Shown: positions 8,123 to 17,110, counted from the stretch's first letter. The stretch is 20,000 bases of DNA from an uncultured virus (IMG/VR IMGVR_UViG_2576861513_000002) (IMGVR_UViG_2576861513_000002), one strand, 5' to 3'. Notes: generated from the sequence alone by a model not told the origin. Made by a program: numbers and translations.

Positions 8123-8160
8123 ACTTTCAGACGCGAGTTCAACTCCCGCCAGCTCCACCA
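8123..8160 (+). other. ssrA: Attachment site: 3'-terminal fragment of tmRNA (prophage attR, also attL of the downstream island)
   Basis: ACTTTCAGACGCGAGTTCAACTCCCGCCAGCTCCACCA matches the recalled enterobacterial tmRNA 3' end (...TTTCGGACGCGGGTTCAACTCCCGCCAGCTCCACCA), with mismatches only on the left; the rest of ssrA is absent. Confidence 0.92.
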
Positions 8161-8194
8161 AACATTGATGTACTGAAGTTCAGTAAAGTCTACT

Positions 8195-8228
8195 AAGCCC
8201 GCACAGCACAAGCTCTGCGGGCTTTTTT
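8195..8228 (+). terminator. Rho-independent terminator of the type following ssrA
   Basis: AAGCCCGCA...TGCGGGCTT followed by a T-run. Confidence 0.85.
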
Positions 8229-8326
8229 ATGTCCATTGACGTCTAGTGAGAATTGCTGAGAACTACAAATTATGGCACCCTGAATGGGACCCAACGCAAA
8301 GGGGTCCAAAAATCGAGGGTCCCAAA

Positions 8327-9556
8327 ATGGCAAAACTCGCTAAAAAACTCACCGACACTGAAATCAAGAACACCAAACCAGCAGGCAAAGAAATCAACTT
8401 GTTTGACGGAGATGGCTTAATTCTACGAATCTCCCCCCTCTCAACAGGTGGGAAAAAGAACTGGTATTTCAGGTATTCAGTGCCAGTGAGCAAGAAAAGA
8501 ACCAAGATGAGCCTTGGGACATACCCTCACCTTACCTTGGCAAGAGCAAGAGCCTTACGTGATGAATACCTCTGCTTGCTTGCGAATGGAACGGACCCTC
8601 AAGTCCATAACAACGATAAAGCTAATGCATTAAAGAATGCCACAGAACACACCTTACAAGCCGTAGCGAGAAAATGGCTGGATGAGAAGATAAAGACCTC
8701 TGGCATCTCACAGGACCATGCGGAAGACATCTGGCGAAGCCTTGAACGAAATATTTTCCCCGGTCTGGGTAATGTGCCAATCAATGAGATCCGTCCAAAG
8801 CTCTTGAAACAGCATCTTGATCCAATTGAACAACGAGGAGTACTGGAAACTTTGCGACGGCTTATTTCCAGGTTGAATGAAATCTTCCGTTGGGCGGCTA
8901 CAGAAGAGCTGATTGAATTTAACCCCGCAGATAATCTGGGCCAACGTTTCAGTAAGCCTAAAAAACAGAATATGCCTGCCTTGCCCCCCTCTGAACTCCC
9001 TCGTTTTCTGGCAGCACTGAACAATGCATCTGTCCGTTTAGAAACAAGACTACTGATTGAATGGCAACTTCTCACATGGGTTCGCCCCGGTGAAGCTGTC
9101 CGCGCAAGATGGTCTGATATAGATATGGATAACAGCATGTGGAACATCCCGGCTGAATTTATGAAGATGAAAAAACCTCATAAGGTTCCATTAAGCAAAG
9201 AATCTCTTCGGATACTTAAATCTATGGAATCAATCAGTGGGCACCGCGAGTGGGTATTTACCAGCATAAAGGCTCCCTTAAACCATATGCATGAACAAAC
9301 AGCCAACGCAGCAATTATCCGTATGGGTTTTGGAGGTGAACTTGTTGCCCATGGAATGCGATCTATTGCAAGAACGGCAGCGGAAGAGTCAGGAAAATTC
9401 AGGACAGATGCACTTGAAGCGGCCCTTGCCCACTCAAAAAAAGACGAAATTATCGCTGCATATAATCGGGCGGAATATATTACCGAACGAGTAGCTCTCA
9501 TGCAGTGGTGGGGAGATTATGTCCAGGCGCAACAGCTTAAAATTTTTGCTGCCTGA
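8327..9556 (+). CDS. intA: P4-family tyrosine integrase (CP4-57 IntA/SlpA-like)
   Basis: Start MAKLAKKLTDTEIK, LFDGDGL arm domain, WVRPGEA, KMKKPH, HGMR, LAH and AYNR motifs. Confidence 0.92.
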   Translation: MAKLAKKLTDTEIKNTKPAGKEINLFDGDGLILRISPLSTGGKKNWYFRYSVPVSKKRTKMSLGTYPHLTLARARALRDEYLCLLANGTDPQVHNNDKANALKNATEHTLQAVARKWLDEKIKTSGISQDHAEDIWRSLERNIFPGLGNVPINEIRPKLLKQHLDPIEQRGVLETLRRLISRLNEIFRWAATEELIEFNPADNLGQRFSKPKKQNMPALPPSELPRFLAALNNASVRLETRLLIEWQLLTWVRPGEAVRARWSDIDMDNSMWNIPAEFMKMKKPHKVPLSKESLRILKSMESISGHREWVFTSIKAPLNHMHEQTANAAIIRMGFGGELVAHGMRSIARTAAEESGKFRTDALEAALAHSKKDEIIAAYNRAEYITERVALMQWWGDYVQAQQLKIFAA

Positions 9557-9562
9557 ATGGAC

Positions 9563-9588
9563 GAAAGGCTACTAATGAGTAGCCTTTC
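9563..9588. terminator. Hairpin after intA, probable terminator
   Basis: GAAAGGCTACT-AATG-AGTAGCCTTTC, a perfect 11-bp stem with no long U-tract. Confidence 0.6.
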
Positions 9589-10010
9589 CAATATCCCCAA
9601 ACGTGGGGCAAATAACAAACTGTACATAGTACAGGATTCATATCAGCAAAAACTATTGATGACATATATTATTAATAAATCATTTTTAAATAATGTCAAT
9701 GACTGTGAATAATTTATTTTTATAATTAATGCTAAATCTGGCTATACCATTGTATTTTTTAAAAATAAAATCCACACCACTCCCCTCGTTACTTACAATT
9801 AAATGAAAATATAATTCATCACAACCCTGTTAAACAAAATTAATCTTTCACTTACAGGTAATCAATTTTAGAAAAAAAGAACTAAGAAAATTTTATGTCC
9901 GATAATAATCTCACACCTACATACTTACCATTCACTGTTATAGCTCATTATAATATTGATCTGAAAAAGTGTATTTCAGGGCTTCACTTGCACAATCGAA
10001 GATATATATT

Positions 10011-10272
10011 AGAAGCCCTACCCGCTCTGCAAGAGAAACCTTTAAAATCAATGCAAGTGAAGCATTTAAACAACCTTTTCATTTAGCTTCCTTTGAGCTA
10101 CCGAAGCGATGAATTTGGTGTTTCTCCTGCACTATAAGAGAAACTTTTAAAATCATTGTAAGCGAAGCATTTAAACAGCTTTTTCATTTAGCTTCCTTTA
10201 AGCTACCGAAGCAATGGACTCGAAGCTTCTCCTGAACTGCAATAGAAGCTTTAAAATAAATGCAAACGAAGC
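10011..10272. repeat. Tandem repeat, 105-bp unit, ~2.5 copies
   Basis: Units start at 10031, 10136 and 10241; units 1 and 2 match at 88/105 positions (hand count). Confidence 0.9.
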
Positions 10273-10329
10273 TGTATGTATTTATATAATAACATCGTCC
10301 ACTACGATTTTTTATTATTATACGAAATG

Positions 10330-10386
10330 AAGCAAGGGCTAACTCTACGAAGCCGCTGCGCTTGCTTCTCCGAGTTCCCCTTGCTT
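10330..10386. repeat. Long imperfect hairpin
   Basis: AAGCAAGGG..AACTC..GAAGC-[CGCTGCGCTT]-GCTTC..GAGTT.CCCTTGCTT. Confidence 0.7.
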
Positions 10387-10438
10387 TTCAGCCCTTCGGT
10401 TAGAAAAGAACAGCCAGACCCAGTAAGCACATATCCAT

Positions 10439-10548
10439 TGAACTGCGCCCAATGTTTTGTGACAGATTACTATAGAAAGGTCGACTTTGGCACGGAGCGT
10501 TCAAGCTAACTGAGCTGAAGGTCCGCTGTGAGCGAAAAAACGGACATT
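10439..10548 (+). repeat. ~110-bp dispersed repeat, copy 1
   Basis: TGAACTGCGCCC...TTTGGCACGGAGCG...GTCCGCTGTGAGCGAAAAAACGGAC, homologous to the copies at 16327 and 17108. Confidence 0.75.
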
Positions 10549-10828
10549 GAGATTGAGTGTCAGAAGCACTGGTCACACTCTGTCTCCGAATCCTCTGTAG
10601 CAGGATGAATTGCACAATCAGAGCAGCGAAAAATATTGAAGATGTTGTTGAACTATGTAGGATATGTAGAAGCATAAGAAGATTTGTCAGGTTAAGGATT
10701 CCTGAGGGCGGTAGCATTTTAGAAGAAGAATGAATATCTTACATGATCCTTATAGGTTGGCGAAGGTGGTTTTTCGTTGAAAAAAGATAACCTTGATAGA
10801 TAGTAAATCTGAAGAGACATAGGTTAAT

Positions 10829-11263
10829 ATGATGCAAGAGCATGCTTGGAAATATTTTGAACTACACTCTCAACAAAGAATGACGGTATTTAATTTCTAT
10901 ATTACGATAATAAGTCTTTTGATAGCAGGTAGTGGAATATGCTTACAGCAAGGAGGCAATCTAATTTATCTGACATCTGCCTTGGGTATATTTATTATAT
11001 TTATAACCTTTATTTTTCATAAACTTGACTCAAGGGTGTCATTTCTTATAAAAAATGCAGAGAAAGCCTTGAGAAAAGCAGAGGATAATTATGATAATGA
11101 AGAAATGAAAATTTTCACCTCTGACCACAATAATGAAAACCTCAATAAAACCATGCGCTCACTATGGAGTTATGGGAAATGTTTCAGGCTATCGTTCGCT
11201 ATCATATCATGCCTTGGCTTTATGATTTCAATAACTCCGATGGTTATAAATTTCATGGGCTAA
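10829..11263 (+). CDS. Small 3-TM membrane protein, co-oriented 31 bp upstream of dtcA
   Basis: Two N-terminal hydrophobic helices, a charged helical linker (FLIKNAEKALRKAED) and one C-terminal helix. Confidence 0.85.
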   Translation: MMQEHAWKYFELHSQQRMTVFNFYITIISLLIAGSGICLQQGGNLIYLTSALGIFIIFITFIFHKLDSRVSFLIKNAEKALRKAEDNYDNEEMKIFTSDHNNENLNKTMRSLWSYGKCFRLSFAIISCLGFMISITPMVINFMG

Positions 11264-11294
11264 TTTTTTATAAATTTTATAGGACTGAAACAAA

Positions 11295-14279
11295 ATGGAC
11301 TATACCAAATGGCAATCAAAGTCAGAAAATAGCTTAAAGTTGCTAAATACATTATCTAAAGTTAAAAATAAAAACAAAAGAAATTTATTGAGGGGATATT
11401 TGAATAAATCAAGAATTAATAAGTTTGAAATCCAGAAAATTAGAAAAGATAATAATCTTTCTGATTGCATGATAATAGGAGCAGTAATAAAGGGAAGAGA
11501 TGGGTTACTAAAAATAAGTGAAAAGCCAACGAGTAGTGAACTTTACACTATGATTACACCTAAACCATTATCATGGAGAGAAGAGCTAAGCTACCTATCT
11601 GGTTTTATAAATTCATTTGAAGATGTTTCATTAAGACATCTGGAAGTTATCAAATCGCTATCATATTTAGAGCAATTAGAAACAGACACGGCTCTTAGAT
11701 TGATATTAAAGTATAGCGAAGAATATGGAGCATCTAATTTCTTATCATACAAACTAGCTTATCTCATAAGCTCACGTGATCTAACATCAAATGATCAAAA
11801 GATAGTCACAAAAATTGAAGATGAATTCGGACATAAAGATAGACCTGGATTTCATTTCAGCGCATTAGAAAACTTGAATTCAAGAATATCCTTATTTGTT
11901 GTTGCCAGAAGAAGAGTAAGCGCACTAATTGGAAGAGTAGATGGGAATATAAGAAAGGCTATATCGCTTAATAACTTTATACCTACACCATTATCTATCG
12001 ATGACTTAGCGGAGTTCTTGTTAAGAGCCTCTGAATCAGCTCTAATTGATGCTATATACTCGCTAGTCGTGCTTTTTAATTTGGATGATGAATTTAAAGA
12101 AGCTAAGTTTGAATTAGAAAAAAGACTTAACTCTAAACTAATATCTGGAATCCATAATTTATTGTTATACACCTCCGAACTTAAAAATAATGAAATAGTG
12201 ACTGATTATTACCGTTCTCTTAACGACGAGGGAGATTATTCATTAGATTTATATAGAAACTCTTCCGCATTTTTAGAACGTAAAGATCTAGCAAGATATA
12301 GAAACAAAATTGATAAGGTTATAGGGGCCAGATTATTAAATGAAATAGAAATCAAACACAGCCACTCAACTGCAGAATTCGAAGATGAAAAAAGATTATT
12401 ATTAGCTAACGATGGTATAAGCACTAATGAGAAATTAGAAATAAAGCAGGATACATTCTATAGAACCTACTTATTTTTAAATATTCTTAGAAATAGAAAT
12501 AACCTGTTATCATTAACAGGAGAGAATATAAAGTTTATTTTTGAAAATACTTTGAGGCTAGATACATTGCTGACCGAAGATGAAATGCAGACGCTTCTGT
12601 TAACATCATCGGAAGACAATAAAAGCTTAGTGACTGTACTGACACTTGCATTATATAGGAAAAAATCAGCAGACCCTGATACTGACTTTGACTTTAGAAC
12701 AGATTTTATATCATACGTTAAAGAAAAATTTAGTGGCTCTATCGTAAAATTTATTTCTGATTTACTTGAAAGCAGCCCTGCAATAGCCAGCTATATAGTT
12801 GTATCACTAGATGAAGTCACTCTGGAGAAAATGTACGGCCTTGTATCTAATGCTTCAGAAGCCTCTTCGATACGACGTGAGATTTTAATGTCGGTTGGAA
12901 AAAAATTAAATCAAATCGAGTACATAATAGAAGCAGAATCAATAAATACAAGAGAAAAGGTATCGAAGCTTCAAAAATATTTTGATAGTAGTAGAATTTA
13001 TGTTGATAGCGTATCGATGAAAAATTGGTTAGACAGTAACCCTACGATGTCCACAGAACAATATCGTTCACTATTCAGTCGCTCAGAGGCTATTATATCA
13101 ACTGCGCAAAGTGATAATGAAAATGAATCAGATATATTATATATACAGCTAGTAAATAGTGGTGACTATCTTATACCTCAAATTGCAAAAGACGCTTTTG
13201 AACAATTTTGCCTTAATAACGAATTTGGTATTCAGTCTTACCTCGGCAGACGAATTAGACATAATACTCTAGATGGTGTAACAACAGATACTGTAGATGC
13301 GGTACTTCGGAAACCTGAACATAGAATAGTACTTGCAAATCAACAGATGCAAAGGATAGTTGAATCCTGGCTTGCATCTTATAAAGCTATTGTTGATAAA
13401 CTCAGGCGTGAACACCTTCAATTTAAGTCTAGTAATTCCTTATTTAACGCATCGATTGACACTGATGATTCCGCGACCAGTGAAAATATTCGCCTCTTAA
13501 CAAACACTCTTCGTTCAACCGGTAGAAGTGAATTGCTAAATGAGCTCATCATTGCGTTTTGCTGGAAGCAAATAACACCTCAACTTGAAAATGCCGCAAG
13601 GTTTATTAGGACAACACTATTACAACAAGCAAAGGATTCTATCGATAAACACTTCCAAAATCACAGCATTGGGGAGACGCAGATTGTAGCTGAGCTACAC
13701 GAAGCGGTAAACGAAGTATTTATCAAAGTTTCTGATTGGTTCCAAGTTCCTGATACTGGATTCATCTCAGCTTCAATTAAAGATTTATGTCAAATAATTC
13801 TAATTGATCTAAATAGAAATAATAATGTAGAGTTTAATGGTGAAGCAATAGACAACAAATACACAGGTATAAGTGTTCATCGATTGTATGACTGTCTCGC
13901 CGTACTATTACAAAACGCGCATACACATGGAGAGGAGAATAGTGTAATACATATTGATGTCTCTGTGCTAAAAATAGACTTAGAATCAGTATTAGAGTCT
14001 GTATCTGTAGATATCACATCAAAAGTAGCAAAACATAACTTTGAAGAATCTAAACTAAGAATTGAAGAAGCAATTAGTGCAGAAGAAGATAGTACAGATA
14101 TGGTTACGGAAGGTTATTCTGGAATTAAAAAGATAAAATTCATTACCAGAGCTAACGAAGGCAAACAGACTATGAGATTTCGTTTTGATAATGATAATTC
14201 GCAGCTGACCTTAGGGTTTTCGATCCACGCAGAAATAGCTACAGAAGAAAATGCAGTCACTTCAGGAGCAATTGCATGA
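11295..14279 (+). CDS. dtcA: Detocs sensor kinase-like protein DtcA (large helical N-terminus, C-terminal HATPase-like domain, no obvious TM segment)
   Basis: Candidate H-box YLGRRIRHNTL, N-box DCLAVLLQNAHTHG and G-box EGYSGIKKI; ATGA-coupled to two REC genes. Confidence 0.85.
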   Translation: MDYTKWQSKSENSLKLLNTLSKVKNKNKRNLLRGYLNKSRINKFEIQKIRKDNNLSDCMIIGAVIKGRDGLLKISEKPTSSELYTMITPKPLSWREELSYLSGFINSFEDVSLRHLEVIKSLSYLEQLETDTALRLILKYSEEYGASNFLSYKLAYLISSRDLTSNDQKIVTKIEDEFGHKDRPGFHFSALENLNSRISLFVVARRRVSALIGRVDGNIRKAISLNNFIPTPLSIDDLAEFLLRASESALIDAIYSLVVLFNLDDEFKEAKFELEKRLNSKLISGIHNLLLYTSELKNNEIVTDYYRSLNDEGDYSLDLYRNSSAFLERKDLARYRNKIDKVIGARLLNEIEIKHSHSTAEFEDEKRLLLANDGISTNEKLEIKQDTFYRTYLFLNILRNRNNLLSLTGENIKFIFENTLRLDTLLTEDEMQTLLLTSSEDNKSLVTVLTLALYRKKSADPDTDFDFRTDFISYVKEKFSGSIVKFISDLLESSPAIASYIVVSLDEVTLEKMYGLVSNASEASSIRREILMSVGKKLNQIEYIIEAESINTREKVSKLQKYFDSSRIYVDSVSMKNWLDSNPTMSTEQYRSLFSRSEAIISTAQSDNENESDILYIQLVNSGDYLIPQIAKDAFEQFCLNNEFGIQSYLGRRIRHNTLDGVTTDTVDAVLRKPEHRIVLANQQMQRIVESWLASYKAIVDKLRREHLQFKSSNSLFNASIDTDDSATSENIRLLTNTLRSTGRSELLNELIIAFCWKQITPQLENAARFIRTTLLQQAKDSIDKHFQNHSIGETQIVAELHEAVNEVFIKVSDWFQVPDTGFISASIKDLCQIILIDLNRNNNVEFNGEAIDNKYTGISVHRLYDCLAVLLQNAHTHGEENSVIHIDVSVLKIDLESVLESVSVDITSKVAKHNFEESKLRIEEAISAEEDSTDMVTEGYSGIKKIKFITRANEGKQTMRFRFDNDNSQLTLGFSIHAEIATEENAVTSGAIA

Positions 14280-14725
14280 AAATACTTTTGGTTGAGGATG
14301 AAGTACATAAAAGAGATGAGTTAATACAATGTGTTAAAACAGTTTACGGAATTGAACCACAAATAGTCGATTGCGTGAATGATGCGGTTTTGGCTGTTAT
14401 TGACAATGATTTCGATTTGATTATTTTAGATATGGCCTTATCTACTTTTAGCGATAACTCAGGAGATAAGAAAAAAGGACATGACCAAGCTCAAGGTGGA
14501 ATAGAAGTTTTGAGAGCATTAAAATCGCGTAAGAAAACAACAAAAATAATAATTATCACCCAATATCCTGATTTTTACATTGGCGGCGTTAAAGTGAAGT
14601 TGCAAAAATCAATAAGTGTTGTCAAAGAAAAATATAATCAAGATATAATTGGTGCCGTTTTATATACTTATAAATCTCAACCTACTTTGCAAAAGATAAC
14701 ATCTATACTGAGAAAACATGCATGA
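14276..14725 (+). CDS. dtcB: Stand-alone receiver (REC) protein DtcB
   Basis: MKILLVEDE, DLIILDMAL (phospho-acceptor Asp), IIITQY; no output domain. Confidence 0.88.
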   Translation: MKILLVEDEVHKRDELIQCVKTVYGIEPQIVDCVNDAVLAVIDNDFDLIILDMALSTFSDNSGDKKKGHDQAQGGIEVLRALKSRKKTTKIIIITQYPDFYIGGVKVKLQKSISVVKEKYNQDIIGAVLYTYKSQPTLQKITSILRKHA

Positions 14726-15864
14726 AAATAATGCTAATTGAAGATAATAAAAACAAAAGAGATGATATCAAGAGTTTTCTACTATCAAAAAATATAGTTG
14801 ATAGTGATATTATTATAGCCAAGAGCATGACCGACTTCACTACAAATCTACATCATGATATTGGATTATTCATAATTGATTTAAAACTACCTAATATTGA
14901 CGGTGGTGAAGCGCAATTTAATGGATTAACGATATTAGAGACTATCAAGAAATCTAGTAAACAAGAATCTCTTTTATTAGCTATCAGTTCATTTCCAGAT
15001 GAATTCCCAAAGCTCAGAGATTTCTACGAATCACATGGTTGTATTCTTTCTACTTATTCTAACAAAAAAGGGTGGAAGTCGACACTTGAGCATTTACTGA
15101 TTCAACTAAATAAAAATACAACTCTCGACTTTTTGATTTTTTGTGCATTAAAAGAAGAGCGAACTCCTTATATTACCATGATTAATGGTAAAAAATGTAA
15201 TAGACGGGGAATTGATTTCTATGACATTGATATCGGAGAGAAAAAAGGTTCAGTCGTCCTTCTGCCATCCATGGGACTTGTTAATGCAGCTATCATCGCA
15301 GGGGCTTGTATTGATCGTTATAAGCCATCAATTGTAGCAATGAGTGGGATTTGTGGTGGTTTTACAGATAATGTTAAACTGGGCCAATTACTTGTTTCAA
15401 AAATGGCATACGAATACCAGTCTGGTAAATGGACTGATGATGGCTTTAAGCAAGAGCCTTACCAAGTATCCACCGATCAGAATACATTGACAAATTTAAG
15501 CATAATGATCGACCAAGATGATTTTCTTAAAGAACTTGAAGAAGGTTATAGTGCGACTAAACCTGATGAACCAACTCCACCTATTTTCTCCATTTTTACT
15601 AGTGGTTCAGCTGTAGTAGCATCTAAAGAGTTGTTAACAAACATACAAAATCATCATCGTAAATCAGGTGGCTTGGATATGGAGATATTTGCAATCCATC
15701 GTGCTACTGAGTTATCCATCAATAAACCATTATGTATTTGTGCAAAGACCGTCGTAGATCTTTGCGATTCGAATAAAGACGATGATTTACATATATACGG
15801 AAGTTACATTTCTGCTAAATTTATTATATTAGCCATTAAAAATCATTACAAATTAAATACATAA
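14722..15864 (+). CDS. dtcC: REC-PNP fusion effector DtcC (purine nucleoside phosphorylase-fold ATP nucleosidase)
   Basis: REC motifs MKIMLIEDN and FIIDLKLP; PNP/MTAN motifs CALKEE, MGLVNAA, SGICGG, SGSAVV, LDMEIFA and KTVVD. Confidence 0.9.
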   Translation: MKIMLIEDNKNKRDDIKSFLLSKNIVDSDIIIAKSMTDFTTNLHHDIGLFIIDLKLPNIDGGEAQFNGLTILETIKKSSKQESLLLAISSFPDEFPKLRDFYESHGCILSTYSNKKGWKSTLEHLLIQLNKNTTLDFLIFCALKEERTPYITMINGKKCNRRGIDFYDIDIGEKKGSVVLLPSMGLVNAAIIAGACIDRYKPSIVAMSGICGGFTDNVKLGQLLVSKMAYEYQSGKWTDDGFKQEPYQVSTDQNTLTNLSIMIDQDDFLKELEEGYSATKPDEPTPPIFSIFTSGSAVVASKELLTNIQNHHRKSGGLDMEIFAIHRATELSINKPLCICAKTVVDLCDSNKDDDLHIYGSYISAKFIILAIKNHYKLNT

Positions 15865-16080
15865 TACTACTTTTATTAATCATTAACTATCTATGACCTG
15901 AGTTATGTCAGGAAAAGTGACACCAGAGATTGTTCATACCAAGCGGCCCGGACGGGCGATAACGTTTCTGCAGACGGCTGCAGGGGTACGGCGGGATACC
16001 GAGCATTTAGGAAACCTTGCCAGGACGCGGCTTGTGATCGATGACATCCTGTAGGAGCCTGAGTCGATTCATATCGCTCA

Positions 16081-16154
16081 ATTTCCGCAGCCTGATCGGG
16101 ACACAGATTGCGGTCGATTACATCCTTAAGAATTTTGAGACGGTTGATTTCTTT
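16081..16154 (-). pseudogene. Fragment of an ISNCY/IS481-like transposase N-terminal HTH
   Basis: KEINRLKILKDVIDRNLCPDQAAEI resembles the recalled N-terminus of enterobacterial ISNCY transposases. Confidence 0.6.
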
Positions 16155-16164
16155 CCGCTGGCCT

Positions 16165-16318
16165 GCCCTGACGTATATATCATAGAAGTTGGTCGGCGGG
16201 ATGGCTACTGTTGGCACACCTGTCATGTGATTCGAACGCTGCACGGTATCCCCAATTGCGTCATCCGACTCAGTGCATTCACCATCTCCAGCGCTTCACA
16301 CATAAGCGCATCATAACC
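16165..16318 (-). pseudogene. Decayed 3' end of an IS903-like (IS5 family) element
   Basis: GYDALMCEALEMVNALSRMTQLG/IPCSVRIT* (one frameshift) versus recalled IS903 DYDGQVAEAMALVRALNKMTKAGMPESVRIA*; degenerate IR at 16165-16181. Confidence 0.7.
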
Positions 16319-16326
16319 CCTCCCCC

Positions 16327-16437
16327 AGGTCTGCTCCCCCGCAGATTATGCAGGTAGATGTGAACAATGTCCGCACTTGGCACGTAGCGGGCTAGCTCAC
16401 TGGGCAGAAGGTCCGCTCTGAGCGAGGAGCGGACGTT
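16327..16437 (+). repeat. ~110-bp dispersed repeat, copy 2
   Basis: AGGTCTGCTCCCC...GTCCGCA-N10-AGCGGGC...GTCCGCT-N10-AGCGGAC (perfect 7-bp IR at 16411-16434). Confidence 0.8.
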
Positions 16438-16615
16438 GGTCTTGGAGGGGCTCCGGAAATTATCTAAAAGCGAATGGTATGGATTACAGGAATGCTTGCA
16501 ATTCCCAACAAACTAAAGACAGTGCGAAATCGCGATTTTTTCTGCTACTGAATAAAGTTTTCAACATTTTGGTCGTTAATTATCTTTTACGTAGTTGTTT
16601 TTCAGGAGAAGTGCA

Positions 16616-17110
16616 ATGACATTTACCGTCGGTGAAAACTATCCATTCAGGGACATACAGAAGCGTTATAAATCCCTGAAACCGGGCGAAAAGGGACTGT
16701 CGCAGGGCGGGTTTTTAAATCCCTCGCGTGGCAATTCCTCTACATTAATTCGAGCCATCTTTGCGCGCAGAGGCGTCAATGGCCCTTTGGATAATCTATT
16801 GTTCATTTCTGGCGATAATGCGTACCGAAACTACTTCAACCGTCTTGTGAAAGTGCAAAAGGAATGTAGCCCATTCCTCTATTTTAAAGAAATCAATGGC
16901 GAGTGGTCTTATATGGGGCACAGTCAGGTGGAGCGTTTACTGGAACCCGACTCAAAAGCATTAACCCTCTTGCTTGACAAAATGGGGTGCACGCTGGAAA
17001 CGGTTGGTGAGGTGGGTGGCAAACCATTGTGGCAGCTTTCCGCATTAGGAGGGCAAGGTTTTATCAGACCGCGTAGACTGGAATTTATAGCGGTCTTACA
17101 GCAGGATTGA
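16616..17110 (+). CDS. Hypothetical protein (164 aa), possible SRA/PUA-like domain
   Basis: AGGAG SD before ATG 16616; pattern FTVGENY...QGGF...FLYFKEINGEWSYMG. Confidence 0.7.
   Translation: MTFTVGENYPFRDIQKRYKSLKPGEKGLSQGGFLNPSRGNSSTLIRAIFARRGVNGPLDNLLFISGDNAYRNYFNRLVKVQKECSPFLYFKEINGEWSYMGHSQVERLLEPDSKALTLLLDKMGCTLETVGEVGGKPLWQLSALGGQGFIRPRRLEFIAVLQQD

Larger units (their letters stand above)
1..8160. mobile_element. Temperate prophage, replication/immunity/integration end (continues left of the window), integrated at ssrA
   Basis: Contiguous primase-helicase-cro-cI-early genes-xis-int module ending at an ssrA 3'-end copy (8123-8160). Confidence 0.92.

Noticed and set aside
8123..8160. 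Complete tRNA or tmRNA gene
   Set aside because: Only the T-arm and 3' acceptor strand are present, so this is an att fragment
8263..9501. ORFs overlapping intA
   Set aside because: Antisense or off-frame shadows of the integrase
10011..10272. CRISPR array
   Set aside because: The whole 105-bp unit is repeated, with no unique spacers and no cas genes
9895..10733. ORFs 9895..10086, 10276..10509, 10400..10717 and a 42-aa ORF at 10605..10733
   Set aside because: Most run through repeats or hairpins, and none has a convincing SD or recognisable motif
11852..14308. Minus-strand ORFs inside dtcA
   Set aside because: Antisense shadows in AT-rich coding DNA
11295..15864. Ordinary two-component system plus housekeeping MTA/SAH nucleosidase
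   Set aside because: No TM sensor or DNA-binding output domain; the REC-PNP fusion and gene order match Detocs
15903..16316. ORFs 15903..16244 (-) and 16041..16316 (+) as real genes
   Set aside because: Chance read-through across fused IS remnants
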